Shown piece by piece: positions 16,672 through 25,858 of a DNA stretch of 64,000 nt. The notes below the pieces were generated by a model, which saw only the letters and a program-made list of their open reading frames with translations, searched no databases and had not been told where the DNA came from. The first letter of the stretch is position 1. Each line of letters opens with the position of its first letter. The position numbers were made by a program, and so were the translations under genes. Origin of the DNA: an uncultured Alphaproteobacteria bacterium (GTDB lineage: Bacteria > Pseudomonadota > Alphaproteobacteria > HIMB59 > GCA-002718135); the NCBI GenBank assembly GCA_902601455.1, contig CACKNC010000001.1, positions 32,240 through 96,239 of the forward strand, written 5' to 3'.

Positions 16672-17969
16672 TTTAGTCTTTTAAATCCATTATGAGCAAT
16701 CGGACCCTCTAATAATTCCATTACATCTCTTCCTTCTTCACACTCTTTAATCATCTGAAAAATAGGTTTTAAGTTTTCTAAATATTCTTTGATTATTGTG
16801 GGAGTATGAGCTGTACATGCATATACAGCTGTTGCAGCTAGATAACCTTTTTTTAACATTTCTTGTGTAATCAAAGTTTTATAAGCTAGAGCATTTTTAC
16901 TTTTAAAAGTGAAAGTTGTTAAAGCAGCTAGCCCATTGATTGAAATAGGTAATTCATATTCTGCAGAAAGTTTCATCCACTCTTTGTTGATATTTTCACC
17001 AATAGACGTAATTTTCTCCCAGGATTTTTCTTTTTCCATTACTTTTAATGTAGCGAGTGCCGCACTAGAACCAATTCTTTCAGTCCAAAAAGTACTACTA
17101 ATAAATGATTTCTCTGCTGCCTGCATAACTTCTCTTTTACCCAAAACAGCAGTAACGGCATAACCATTACCTAGAGCTTTTCCAAACATTGCAACATCCG
17201 GTTCAACATCATACAATTTATGTAGACCCCCATAGTTTTTCCTAAAACCTGAAGTACATTCATCAAATACTAAAACAATATTATATTCATTAGCTAATTT
17301 TCTAACTCGGTGCAGAAAATTATTCTCAGGCTCTTTATTTCGATAAACTTCCATTTTTATGATGCCAATATTTTTAGTTTTGACTAATTCTTCAAGTTTA
17401 TCAAAATTATTATATTCAAATGGATAAACACTATCTTTTAAATTTTTTGGAACTCCATGTGGATCTAAACCTGGAAGTAGATGACCATCTAAACCTTTCG
17501 TGTCAGATAGATTAGAGGCTAAGTACCAGTCATGCCAACCATGATACCCACAAAACGCAACGTTATCTTTTCCTGATGCAGCTCTTGCTAATCTGATTGC
17601 TACAGAATTTGCTTCTCCACCCGATCGAGCGAAACGCGCCATATCTGCCCAAGGATGTAATTCAACAAGTCTTTCAGTTAACTCAACTTCTTCAGGAGCA
17701 TTTAAAGTTGACATGTTGCCACTGTTAATGGTTTCTTTCACTGCGTCGTCTATTTCATCATAATTGTATCCTAGTGAATTAGTGCCTGGCATCATTAATG
17801 TATCTATATATTTCTTGCCATCAAGATCCCATACTTCACACCCTCTACTTTTTGAAAAATATGAAGGCCACTGTTCAGGCAAAAACATTTCAGGTCTTTT
17901 TGATAGTAGCATATTACCACCTGCAACAATCTGCTTTGCTTTAGAGTATAGTTTTTGACCTTTGCCCAT
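16668..17969 (-). CDS. Class III aminotransferase (glutamate-1-semialdehyde aminomutase-like)
   Basis: FARSGGEANSVAIRLAR, VFDECTSGFR and FGKALGNGY (PLP Lys). 433 aa. Its stop overlaps the convergent MlrC-like stop (TTAA). Confidence 0.85.
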   Translation of the reverse strand: MGKGQKLYSKAKQIVAGGNMLLSKRPEMFLPEQWPSYFSKSRGCEVWDLDGKKYIDTLMMPGTNSLGYNYDEIDDAVKETINSGNMSTLNAPEEVELTERLVELHPWADMARFARSGGEANSVAIRLARAASGKDNVAFCGYHGWHDWYLASNLSDTKGLDGHLLPGLDPHGVPKNLKDSVYPFEYNNFDKLEELVKTKNIGIIKMEVYRNKEPENNFLHRVRKLANEYNIVLVFDECTSGFRKNYGGLHKLYDVEPDVAMFGKALGNGYAVTAVLGKREVMQAAEKSFISSTFWTERIGSSAALATLKVMEKEKSWEKITSIGENINKEWMKLSAEYELPISINGLAALTTFTFKSKNALAYKTLITQEMLKKGYLAATAVYACTAHTPTIIKEYLENLKPIFQMIKECEEGRDVMELLEGPIAHNGFKRLN

Positions 17970-17973
17970 AATT

Positions 17974-18903
17974 TTATAACGTCTCCAAAAATTTTATTCC
18001 TGTTAAATCATTTTCTTTAGTTAGTATTTTTAATTCATTTATAATAGTTTTTTCATTCTCTGAATCAATAATACTATTAAAAGGTCTTCGAACATAACCA
18101 GAATCTAAATTAAGCCATTTTAATCCCATTTTAATAAAAGGATACCCTGATTTTTTTAGAGCAAATAAAATAATAATATTTATTTTTTCTTGGATTTTTT
18201 TTGCCTCATTTATATTGTTATTTTTTACTTGTTTGTACATTTTAACAAATAATTCAGGCATTAAATTATAGAAAGATCCAATAATTCCATCTGCTCCTGA
18301 AATTAAACCTGATAAGGCCATTTCATCCATGCCTGAATAAATTTTAAAACTTTCCCCAATTTCTTTTTTAATTTTACTGAAGTTAAAGTGTGTAGGTGCA
18401 GTATATTTTACACCTTTCACATTTTTAATGGATGCTAATCTTTTAAGCATATCTAAATCCATTAAATTTGCATGACTGATATTATATACAGTCATTGGTA
18501 AATTGGTTGACTCAGAAATATCTGCGTAATATTTAAATATTTCATCGTTAGAAAAACCGTAATAAAAAGGGGGAAGGGCAGATAAAGCATCAACGCCAAC
18601 TTTTTCAGCATATTGACCAAGGTCAGTTGTAATTTTTGTGCCAATAGATCCAATATGTGCAATTACTGGAACTCTTCCGTTTACTTCCTCTACAATAATT
18701 TCAATCGCTTGTTTTTTTTCTTCTTGAGACATTAAAAAAGTTTCACCTGTACTGCCTGTTATATAAAGCCCATTTACTCTCGCAGAAATAAGATAGTTTA
18801 CCGTTTTTCTAATGCCCTCTTTATTAATACTCTCATCTTTATTAAAAGAAGTAATCATAGCAGGTATAACACCGTTAAAATTGTTAGGATCGAATTTCGT
18901 CAT
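17974..18903 (-). CDS. N-acetylneuraminate-lyase-like member of the DapA family
   Basis: GLYITGSTGE, VIAHIGS, PPFYYGFS, MTVYNI, VKGVKYT, GADGIIGSFYN and RRPF align by eye with E. coli NanA GLYVGGSTGE, LIAHVG, PFYYPFS, VVYNIP, LKQTS, GADGGIGSTYN and RKPF. Confidence 0.7.
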   Translation of the reverse strand: MTKFDPNNFNGVIPAMITSFNKDESINKEGIRKTVNYLISARVNGLYITGSTGETFLMSQEEKKQAIEIIVEEVNGRVPVIAHIGSIGTKITTDLGQYAEKVGVDALSALPPFYYGFSNDEIFKYYADISESTNLPMTVYNISHANLMDLDMLKRLASIKNVKGVKYTAPTHFNFSKIKKEIGESFKIYSGMDEMALSGLISGADGIIGSFYNLMPELFVKMYKQVKNNNINEAKKIQEKINIIILFALKKSGYPFIKMGLKWLNLDSGYVRRPFNSIIDSENEKTIINELKILTKENDLTGIKFLETL

Positions 18904-19911
18904 TTAGTTTATTTCAGGTAAATCAATTAAATGACAAGATGCATAGTGCTCATTATCATTAGTTGTATATTTTTTTAATTTTGGTGTTTCAGATTTGCAA
19001 ATATCTTTTGCTTTTGGACACCTAGGATGAAATGGACATCCTTTAGGGGGATTTACAGGACTTGGAACATCACCCTCTAGAATTATTCTTTTTGTTTTTT
19101 TATCTAAATCAGCAACTGGTATTGCAGAAATTAGTGCTTCTGAGTAAGGATGAAGAGTGTTCTTATACAAGTCTTCAGACTTACATAACTCTACTATTCT
19201 TCCTAGATACATTACGGCGATTCGATCACATAAATATTCAGTGACACTTAGATCATGTGTAATAAACAAATAAGTTAAGTTTTTATCTTTTTTTAATTGC
19301 ATCAATAGCTGAAGAACTTGTGCTTGAATTGATACATCCAGCGCACTAACCGCTTCATCACAAACAATTAATTCTGGCTCTAAACACAAAGCTCTAACAA
19401 TCCCAATTCTTTGACGCTGCCCACCAGAAAATTCATGTGGGTATCTATCCATGTATTCTCTTCGCATATTCACGGACTCCAAAAGATCTCCAATAATTTT
19501 TCTTCTCTCTTCTTTTGATTTTATTCCAAATTTTTTAAGAGGATCTTGTAAAGAACCAAAAATTGTGAACGAAGGATTTAAGGATGAGTGAGGGTCTTGA
19601 AATACAATTTGTAATTTTTTTCTAAATTGATCCATATCTATTTTTTTTAATGATGTAATTTCAGTCTCTTCACCTTCTGTTGAAATATATTTCACTTCAC
19701 CTGCAGTAGGTTCAACAAGTCTTAGTATGGCTTTTCCTAATGTTGTTTTCCCACAACCACTTTCACCTGCAAGACCTAAAACTTCACCTCTAAAGATATC
19801 TAAATCAACTCCATCCACAGCCAATACATGGCCAACAGTTTGATTAAATATTCCTGCCTTCACAGGAAAGTGAACCTTCACTCCTTTTAATTTAAGTATC
19901 TCTTTTTCCAT
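18904..19911 (-). CDS. ABC transporter ATPase, Dpp/Opp family (DppF-like)
   Basis: Walker A GESGCGKTT, signature FSGGQRQR, Walker B LIVCDEAVSALD, and a C-terminal Cys-rich oligopeptide-ABC extension. I place the start at MEKEILKLKG (19911); the track ORF extends to 19965. Confidence 0.85.
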   Translation of the reverse strand: MEKEILKLKGVKVHFPVKAGIFNQTVGHVLAVDGVDLDIFRGEVLGLAGESGCGKTTLGKAILRLVEPTAGEVKYISTEGEETEITSLKKIDMDQFRKKLQIVFQDPHSSLNPSFTIFGSLQDPLKKFGIKSKEERRKIIGDLLESVNMRREYMDRYPHEFSGGQRQRIGIVRALCLEPELIVCDEAVSALDVSIQAQVLQLLMQLKKDKNLTYLFITHDLSVTEYLCDRIAVMYLGRIVELCKSEDLYKNTLHPYSEALISAIPVADLDKKTKRIILEGDVPSPVNPPKGCPFHPRCPKAKDICKSETPKLKKYTTNDNEHYASCHLIDLPEIN

Positions 19912-20920
19912 TATAGCTCTCAAAAAATTGTTCATATTTATGACATCGAATTTGATGTGTCTCATTAATTTGTTCTATTTCTGGCATTACATCACAACTT
20001 TCAGTTTTCCAATTACACCGAGGGGCAAATTGACAACCTACTGGCCTGTTGTATGGATCTGGAGTTGATCCTTTAATAGGGTTTATATCTTGATCTTTTC
20101 CTCTTCCAAGAACTGGAACAGATTCAAGCAAAGCTTTTGTATAAGGATGTGTTGGTCTTCTAAGAACATCATCTGCAGTTCCTGCTTCAACAATATTTCC
20201 CATATACATAACAGCAACATTATCCGCTAATTCTGCAACAACACCCATATCGTGAGTTATTAAAATAATTGCTGTATCATTTTCTTTTTTTAATTTATCC
20301 ATTAATTCAAATATTTGAGCTTGAATGGTAACATCCAAAGCTGTTGTAGGTTCATCAGCAATTAAAATTTTTGGATTACACGCCATAGCCATTGCTATCA
20401 TCGCTCTTTGACGCATTCCACCTGAATAACTATGCGGATATTCATCAACTCTTTTTTCAGGAAGCGGAATTCCCATATCACTAAGCAAAGATATGCATTT
20501 TTCTCTAATTTGTTTTTTGTTTAAATTTGTGTGATACTTGAGATTTTCACTTATTTGAAAACCAACGGTGTAAACTGGATTAAGAGCAGTCATCGGATCT
20601 TGAAAAATCATAGCAATGTCAGAGCCTCTAATAGATCTCATTTCCTTCCCATTTTTTTCAAGTTTTTCTATATTGATTTTTTTATCATCTTTTTGAAAAA
20701 TAATTTCCCCTTCTTCAATCCTTGATAAAGTAGGAAGGAGTTGCATTATCGTTGCTGCGGTTACGCTCTTGCCACAACCACTTTCACCAACGATACATAG
20801 CGTTTTCCCTTTTTTAACATCAAATGAAACTCCATTAACAGCTTTGTTACATCTGTTATTTGTATAAAAGAAAGTTTTTAAGTTTCTTACAGAAAGAGCT
20901 ATATTGTTTTTATCACTCAT
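19892..20920 (-). CDS. ABC transporter ATPase, Dpp/Opp family (DppD-like)
   Basis: GESGCGKSV, YSGGMRQR, ILIADEPTTALD and ITHDMG. Confidence 0.85.
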   Translation of the reverse strand: MSDKNNIALSVRNLKTFFYTNNRCNKAVNGVSFDVKKGKTLCIVGESGCGKSVTAATIMQLLPTLSRIEEGEIIFQKDDKKINIEKLEKNGKEMRSIRGSDIAMIFQDPMTALNPVYTVGFQISENLKYHTNLNKKQIREKCISLLSDMGIPLPEKRVDEYPHSYSGGMRQRAMIAMAMACNPKILIADEPTTALDVTIQAQIFELMDKLKKENDTAIILITHDMGVVAELADNVAVMYMGNIVEAGTADDVLRRPTHPYTKALLESVPVLGRGKDQDINPIKGSTPDPYNRPVGCQFAPRCNWKTESCDVMPEIEQINETHQIRCHKYEQFFESYNGKRDT

Positions 20921-20922
20921 AA

Positions 20923-21837
20923 TTATCCTTGTTGCGATGGATCAGTTGAATCTCGCAAACCATCTCCAATAAAATTTACACACAGTACGAATACAGAAAT
21001 TACAATACCCACAGGACCCCACATCCACCAGTAGTTTTGGAGAACTAAAATATCCTGAGCTACGTTTAAAATATTTCCCCAAGTTGGAATATTTAATGGA
21101 ACACCTAAGCCTAAAAAACTTAGCCCAGCTTCTGTCAAAATAAACATTGCAGTTGATAAAGTAATATTTACCATAATCGGGCTTAGAGCATTTGGTAACA
21201 TGTGTTTGTAGCAAATAGTAAAGGTCGATAATCCAAAACTTCTTAATGCTTGAACATATTCCTCTTCTCTTAGTGATAGCATTCGAGCTCTGGCTAACCT
21301 GTACATACCTCCCCAACCAGTTACAATAAAAATTGCCATTAAATTAAATAAGCTTTGACCTGTTATTGAGACTAGTAAGAGAACTAGAATAATTTGTGGG
21401 AAAGACATAAATATCTCAGATATTCTCAAAGCAATAACATCGATCCAGCCACCTTTATATCCTGCATAACATCCGACAGCGATACCAACTAATGCGGATA
21501 GAATAGCACTTCCTAAACCTATAAATATAGAAACTCTTCCCCCAAAAAGAACTCGCGTAAACACATCTCTACCTGTGTTATCTGTTCCAAACCAATGCTC
21601 CAGCGAAGGAGATTGTCTCATTGATCGAAGATCTACTCGCATTGGATCGTAGGGCGAAAGAAGTGGTGCAAAAATTGTTGCTAATAAAATAATACTAAAA
21701 ACAATTAAACCAAAAACTGCTAATTTGTTATTAACAAATTTGCTTATAATTCGACTTCTTTTTTTTGTAGAAAAAGATTTAGACTCTTCTATTTCTCTAA
21801 TCTTATCAAATTTTTTATCTAAAGAAGATTTTGCCAT
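20923..21837 (-). CDS. ABC transporter permease, DppC/OppC-like
   Basis: 304 aa with multiple TM segments. HWFGTDNTGRDVFTRV is the typical DppC N-terminal motif; an EAA-loop region is present (ALRSFG). Confidence 0.85.
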   Translation of the reverse strand: MAKSSLDKKFDKIREIEESKSFSTKKRSRIISKFVNNKLAVFGLIVFSIILLATIFAPLLSPYDPMRVDLRSMRQSPSLEHWFGTDNTGRDVFTRVLFGGRVSIFIGLGSAILSALVGIAVGCYAGYKGGWIDVIALRISEIFMSFPQIILVLLLVSITGQSLFNLMAIFIVTGWGGMYRLARARMLSLREEEYVQALRSFGLSTFTICYKHMLPNALSPIMVNITLSTAMFILTEAGLSFLGLGVPLNIPTWGNILNVAQDILVLQNYWWMWGPVGIVISVFVLCVNFIGDGLRDSTDPSQQG

Positions 21838-22802
21838 TATTCTTTACCTAATCTTACTCTAGGATCTATTAAAGCTGTTAAAATATCAATCACAAGACTA
21901 GCTGTTAAGACAACAAAAACATACATCAGGGATATTGTCATGACCAAAGGATAATCTGAGGCGCGAACTGATCTAATAAACATGCTGCCAATGCCAGGCC
22001 ATTGATATACTTGTTCTATTATAGTTGAACCACCTATCAAGAGTGGAAGTCTAAATCCAATTAAGACCACAACAGGCGTTAAGGCAACTCGAAAACCATG
22101 AAGTATATTAATTCGCCATTCTGGCATTCCTTTTGATCTTGCGGTTGTAATAAATTCTCTAGACAGGACATCTAGCATAGATGATCTTGCATAACGCATC
22201 GCCCCAGCAGTCATCATCAAAGCTAAAACCATTGATGGTAAAACAATATTAGGAATTCGGTCCCATACATTCTCGTAATGTGGAAGTAATCTTCCACCAA
22301 CAGGTAGCCATCTAAGTTCTATTGCGAATAAAAGTATTGCAACTAATCCAAAAAAAAACTCTGGTATAGAAACGCCTGCCATACCTGCAACTGTAAGAGA
22401 GTTATCAGTTCCGGATCCTCTTTTAAGAGCGCTTATAACACCTAATGAGCAACCTATTATTGTCGAAAAAATAAGAGCAACTATTGATAATTCTAAAGTT
22501 GCCGGAATAGTTTTTGCCATGATTTCTGAAATAGCTACTCCTCCAGCCATTGAATAGCCCATATCTCCTTGAACCATGCTAGTGAGCCATAGCCAGTAAC
22601 GTGTAAGAAAGCTCTGATTTAATCCATATGCTTCTCGCATTGCATTAAGTTGTTCTTCTGTAATTGTTGAAGCTAATTCTGGACTAATCATATGCGAGAC
22701 AGCGTCACCAGGAGCAAGTTCAAGGCCTAAGTAAACAAGGAAGCTTATGACAAGAAGCATGGGAAAGAAAATAAAAAGACGTTGAATAGTGTATGTTACC
22801 AC
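21837..22802 (-). CDS. ABC transporter permease, DppB/OppB-like
   Basis: 321 aa. N-terminus YTIQRLFIFFPMLLVISFLVY and C-terminus DILTALIDPRVR are typical of the DppB family. Confidence 0.85.
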   Translation of the reverse strand: MVTYTIQRLFIFFPMLLVISFLVYLGLELAPGDAVSHMISPELASTITEEQLNAMREAYGLNQSFLTRYWLWLTSMVQGDMGYSMAGGVAISEIMAKTIPATLELSIVALIFSTIIGCSLGVISALKRGSGTDNSLTVAGMAGVSIPEFFFGLVAILLFAIELRWLPVGGRLLPHYENVWDRIPNIVLPSMVLALMMTAGAMRYARSSMLDVLSREFITTARSKGMPEWRINILHGFRVALTPVVVLIGFRLPLLIGGSTIIEQVYQWPGIGSMFIRSVRASDYPLVMTISLMYVFVVLTASLVIDILTALIDPRVRLGKE

Positions 22803-22828
22803 GGTTTCTTCCCAGATATAAATTCAGA

Positions 22829-22855
22829 AAACTGAGGCCATGTAGGCCTCAGTTT
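22829..22855 (-). terminator. Intra-operon hairpin between the binding-protein gene and the permease genes (attenuating terminator candidate)
   Basis: Perfect 11-bp stem AAACTGAGGCC / GGCCTCAGTTT with loop ATGTA. On the coding (minus) strand the 3' arm runs into TTTTCTGAATTTAT. Confidence 0.4.
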
Positions 22856-22869
22856 ATTAGTTTTTTAAA

Positions 22870-24477
22870 CTATGGTTTTGGATACTGCATAATCCACATC
22901 ATACGAGTGTATGGGATATCAACAGCTTTAGTCATCATGTTATCCATAGCATCTAATGCAGCAACGTCGGCTACGTTTTTAGTAAATCCGTAGTCCATTT
23001 TTCCTGCAGCAGCATTTTTAATTAAGTTACCATCACCATCATAACTAGGATAAGCAATGATATCAAAACCAGCTGCTCCTCCATGATAGTTATCGAATGG
23101 TTCAAATTTAGCGTAGTCGTTCATTTTAACCTCAGTTATATGAAACGCTCCAGATCCTACTGGTTTTTGCCAGAAGTCACTTTGTTGCCATTTTAATGGG
23201 TCAGTATCACCTAATAAGTGCTCAGGTAAAATCGCAAACTGCGTGAAAGTAGTTAGAATATTAGGATCAATTTTTGATAACTCTAATGTAATAACTCTAT
23301 CAGCAATATTATATTTAATACCTGCAACATCATTAGTTGAACCATCTTTAAATGCATCAGCACCTTTTATAGATCCAACAGTGTTACCAATTAAAGCGTG
23401 CATTTGAGGAGCTTTCATCGCAGAACGAATACTGAAAGCAACATCTTCAACTGTTACAGCTTCTCCATCGTGGAAAGTAAGACCTTCTTTTAATTTAAAA
23501 GTTAAAGTCATACCATCACTAGCAAGATCAAAGCTCTCCGCCATAGATGTTCCGATTGGCTGCATTGCTCCATCAGCAACAAGAAGTCTATCAAAAACTA
23601 CTTTGTTGTGAATCCAAAGACCAAGGTTGTACCAAGGTTGTTCAAAGAACTCAACTGGACCAGTATTTGTTTGCATTGTGCCACCACTTACGTTCCAATT
23701 AGTAATATCCCAATTGTAGTTGTATTGTGCGTTTCCATATGCTCCACCATTTCTATCTACTTTGTTACTTTCGTAGATGAATAACTTTTGATAATATAAT
23801 GGGCAGATGTTCACTTGGTCCATTTGGTACTGTTGTATTTCAAAGAAATACGGTTTTAGTACTTCAGGATCTGCACTAGAATTGATCTTTTCAATCATAG
23901 CATCCATTTTTGGATCACCAGGTGTTTGTGGATTTAGACCAGTTTTAAAAGTATTGTAATACTCTTGCATAACCATTGCTGCACGTGCACCATAACCTAA
24001 GTCATAGTCAACTGCTGCAGGTCCATTCACACCATCTGCAGGAACAGAATTTAATTGAGCTCCTACATCACCTTGTAAAAGACGATATGTCATTTTAACA
24101 CCAACATCAGCAAAGTAAGCTTGAACTGCTGCCATTAGATCTGCAGTTAACTGATCTCCATAATAGAAAACCATATCAAGTTCTCTATCAGCGTCCCAAT
24201 TAGCTTCAGCCAAAAGTTGACGAGCTTTTTCAGGATTGTAACTGTAATCTGGTAAATTAGGTGCTTTAAGTGGACCGTTTGGTAATAAACTGTCCGCTGG
24301 AATAATTTGACCTTCAAATAATGTTTCACCGATTGTCTCCATGTCAATAGCCATACATAAAGCTTGTCTGACACGAGGATCGGAAAGTTGGTTACTATTA
24401 GTAGGCTGTGCTGATACAGATGAGATAAACATCAGATGAGCTAATACAGCTACTATAACCACATATAGTTTTTTCAT
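22870..24477 (-). CDS. Periplasmic solute-binding protein, family 5 (peptide/nickel/oligosaccharide type)
   Basis: 535 aa with signal peptide MKKLYVVIVAVLAHLMFISSVSA. It is the first gene of the Dpp-type operon, with family-5 size and architecture. Confidence 0.8.
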   Translation of the reverse strand: MKKLYVVIVAVLAHLMFISSVSAQPTNSNQLSDPRVRQALCMAIDMETIGETLFEGQIIPADSLLPNGPLKAPNLPDYSYNPEKARQLLAEANWDADRELDMVFYYGDQLTADLMAAVQAYFADVGVKMTYRLLQGDVGAQLNSVPADGVNGPAAVDYDLGYGARAAMVMQEYYNTFKTGLNPQTPGDPKMDAMIEKINSSADPEVLKPYFFEIQQYQMDQVNICPLYYQKLFIYESNKVDRNGGAYGNAQYNYNWDITNWNVSGGTMQTNTGPVEFFEQPWYNLGLWIHNKVVFDRLLVADGAMQPIGTSMAESFDLASDGMTLTFKLKEGLTFHDGEAVTVEDVAFSIRSAMKAPQMHALIGNTVGSIKGADAFKDGSTNDVAGIKYNIADRVITLELSKIDPNILTTFTQFAILPEHLLGDTDPLKWQQSDFWQKPVGSGAFHITEVKMNDYAKFEPFDNYHGGAAGFDIIAYPSYDGDGNLIKNAAAGKMDYGFTKNVADVAALDAMDNMMTKAVDIPYTRMMWIMQYPKP

Positions 24478-24535
24478 ATTTCCTCCAGTTAATTTAAGTA
24501 ATTTACTTTAAACATAAACTAGAGATCTAGACAAG

Positions 24536-24558
24536 CCTATATTGAAAACATAATAACT
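24536..24558. promoter_or_regulatory. Candidate operator upstream of the ABC-importer operon (second copy of the 11.77-kb motif)
   Basis: CCTATATTGAAAACATAATAAC matches 17 of 22 positions of GTTATCATGTAAACATAATAAC, and AAACATAATAACT is identical over 13 nt. A degenerate half-site AAACATAAACT lies at 24510..24520. Confidence 0.3.
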
Positions 24559-24603
24559 TTAGTTAAAATCCAATCAACAAATCAATAAGTTAAATAAGAT
24601 TTT

Positions 24604-25602
24604 TTACGTATTATCTGCTTTTTTAAGTTTCAACCTATTTTTCATTTTTTCATGTAACTCTGTTGATCCATCATGATAAGTTCCAAACCATTGATCAAAT
24701 GGTATCATAAGATTTCCATAATTAACTTCGAAATATTTATGATGGAGATAGTGATTATAGTTACTAAGATCGATTGCACGTTTATCATTTATGAGCATTT
24801 GTTTGAAACCTATATGACCATTAGCTGAGCCAAGACCTGCATGATATAAATGATAAATAGCATGAAGTGGATGGGAAAGCACAATCCAATGAATCACAAC
24901 TCCAGAAAAGTATAACAGATGTTCAATTGGATGCATTGAAAGACTAGACCAGGGTCCTGGATTAATATTTCTATGATGAACTGAGTGTGCAATTTTATAC
25001 ATAAAACTTAAATGTAAAAACCGGTGTACTAAATAAAAATGAGCATCTCTAAAAGCAGGTATTAATAAAAGTATTAATATAAAATAAAATGGAGACTCAC
25101 TAAATTTAACAAATGGTATTATTCCAGAGGCATAAAACCACAATGATAAAACTTCATAAGCTGTCCAAATAGGAACGCCCCAAAATAAACTCCAAAATAA
25201 ATTATCAAAAATTTGCCTATTAAAAGTAAATATCTTTTGTATTTTTTCAGGCCAATTAGGATTAAACTTAAATTTTATTCCTTGTATTTTACTTACATAC
25301 AGTGGGATATGTATAAGACTAAAAAAAATTGTTCCAATTACATAATTTCGTAGAAGAATTTCAGCAATCCATCCGATTGAAAATGTTTTCATCTCTGAAA
25401 TAGAAGGAGTGAAAAAGTAATATGCTATAAAAGCAACTAATAGATAGAAAAGATTCCATGAAAATATATATGAGAATACAAACCAATTAAAAATTTTTTT
25501 TATATTCAATGGCAGCAACCAGAGAGGGTTTCTATCAGCTGCTTCTTTTGGAACAAAATGGCCTCTTTTATCCCTATATCCAAATTGATTTTCTTCTATC
25601 AT
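24604..25602 (-). CDS. Fatty-acid hydroxylase / sterol desaturase superfamily membrane protein
   Basis: Histidine boxes HFYLVHRFLH, HSVHHRN and HYLHHKYFEVNYG. Several TM segments. Confidence 0.75.
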   Translation of the reverse strand: MIEENQFGYRDKRGHFVPKEAADRNPLWLLPLNIKKIFNWFVFSYIFSWNLFYLLVAFIAYYFFTPSISEMKTFSIGWIAEILLRNYVIGTIFFSLIHIPLYVSKIQGIKFKFNPNWPEKIQKIFTFNRQIFDNLFWSLFWGVPIWTAYEVLSLWFYASGIIPFVKFSESPFYFILILLLIPAFRDAHFYLVHRFLHLSFMYKIAHSVHHRNINPGPWSSLSMHPIEHLLYFSGVVIHWIVLSHPLHAIYHLYHAGLGSANGHIGFKQMLINDKRAIDLSNYNHYLHHKYFEVNYGNLMIPFDQWFGTYHDGSTELHEKMKNRLKLKKADNT

Positions 25603-25724
25603 TATTATGTTTATCTAAAGTTATTAAGAGAATATAGTAATTAAATCTTAGTTAATCAAATAGATTATTTGTTAACAAAATTGTTGTTAAAAAGATTAAT
25701 TTTGATAGTTATGCCTAATTTTAA

Positions 25725-25799
25725 TGGGGCGTCGCCAAGCGGTAAGGCATCGGTTTTTGGAGTCGACATTCGCAGGTTCGAATCCTGCCGCCCCAGCCA
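25725..25799 (+). tRNA. tRNA-Gln (anticodon UUG), CCA encoded
   Basis: Acceptor stem TGGGGCG/CGCCCCA, D-arm GCCAAGCGGTAAGGC as in E. coli tRNA-Gln, anticodon loop TTTTGGA, T-arm GCAGGTTCGAATCCTGC, then G-CCA. Confidence 0.9.
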
Positions 25800-25858
25800 G
25801 ATAATTTAATTAAAAATTCTTTTAAAAAGTTGGTCTCAAATAGGGCTAAATAATAATT

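Noticed and set aside
25668-25679. Perfect 12-bp palindrome TTTGTTAACAAA upstream of the fatty-acid-hydroxylase-family gene
   Set aside because: In DNA this AT-rich, perfect 12-bp palindromes are expected by chance many times per 64 kb. There is no second copy or supporting context.
25725-25799. tRNA-Gln as a second island boundary for the 24-kb catabolic locus
   Set aside because: By eye I found no second copy of the tRNA-Gln 3' end anywhere in the window, and the locus runs off the left edge. An island boundary therefore cannot be supported from this sequence.
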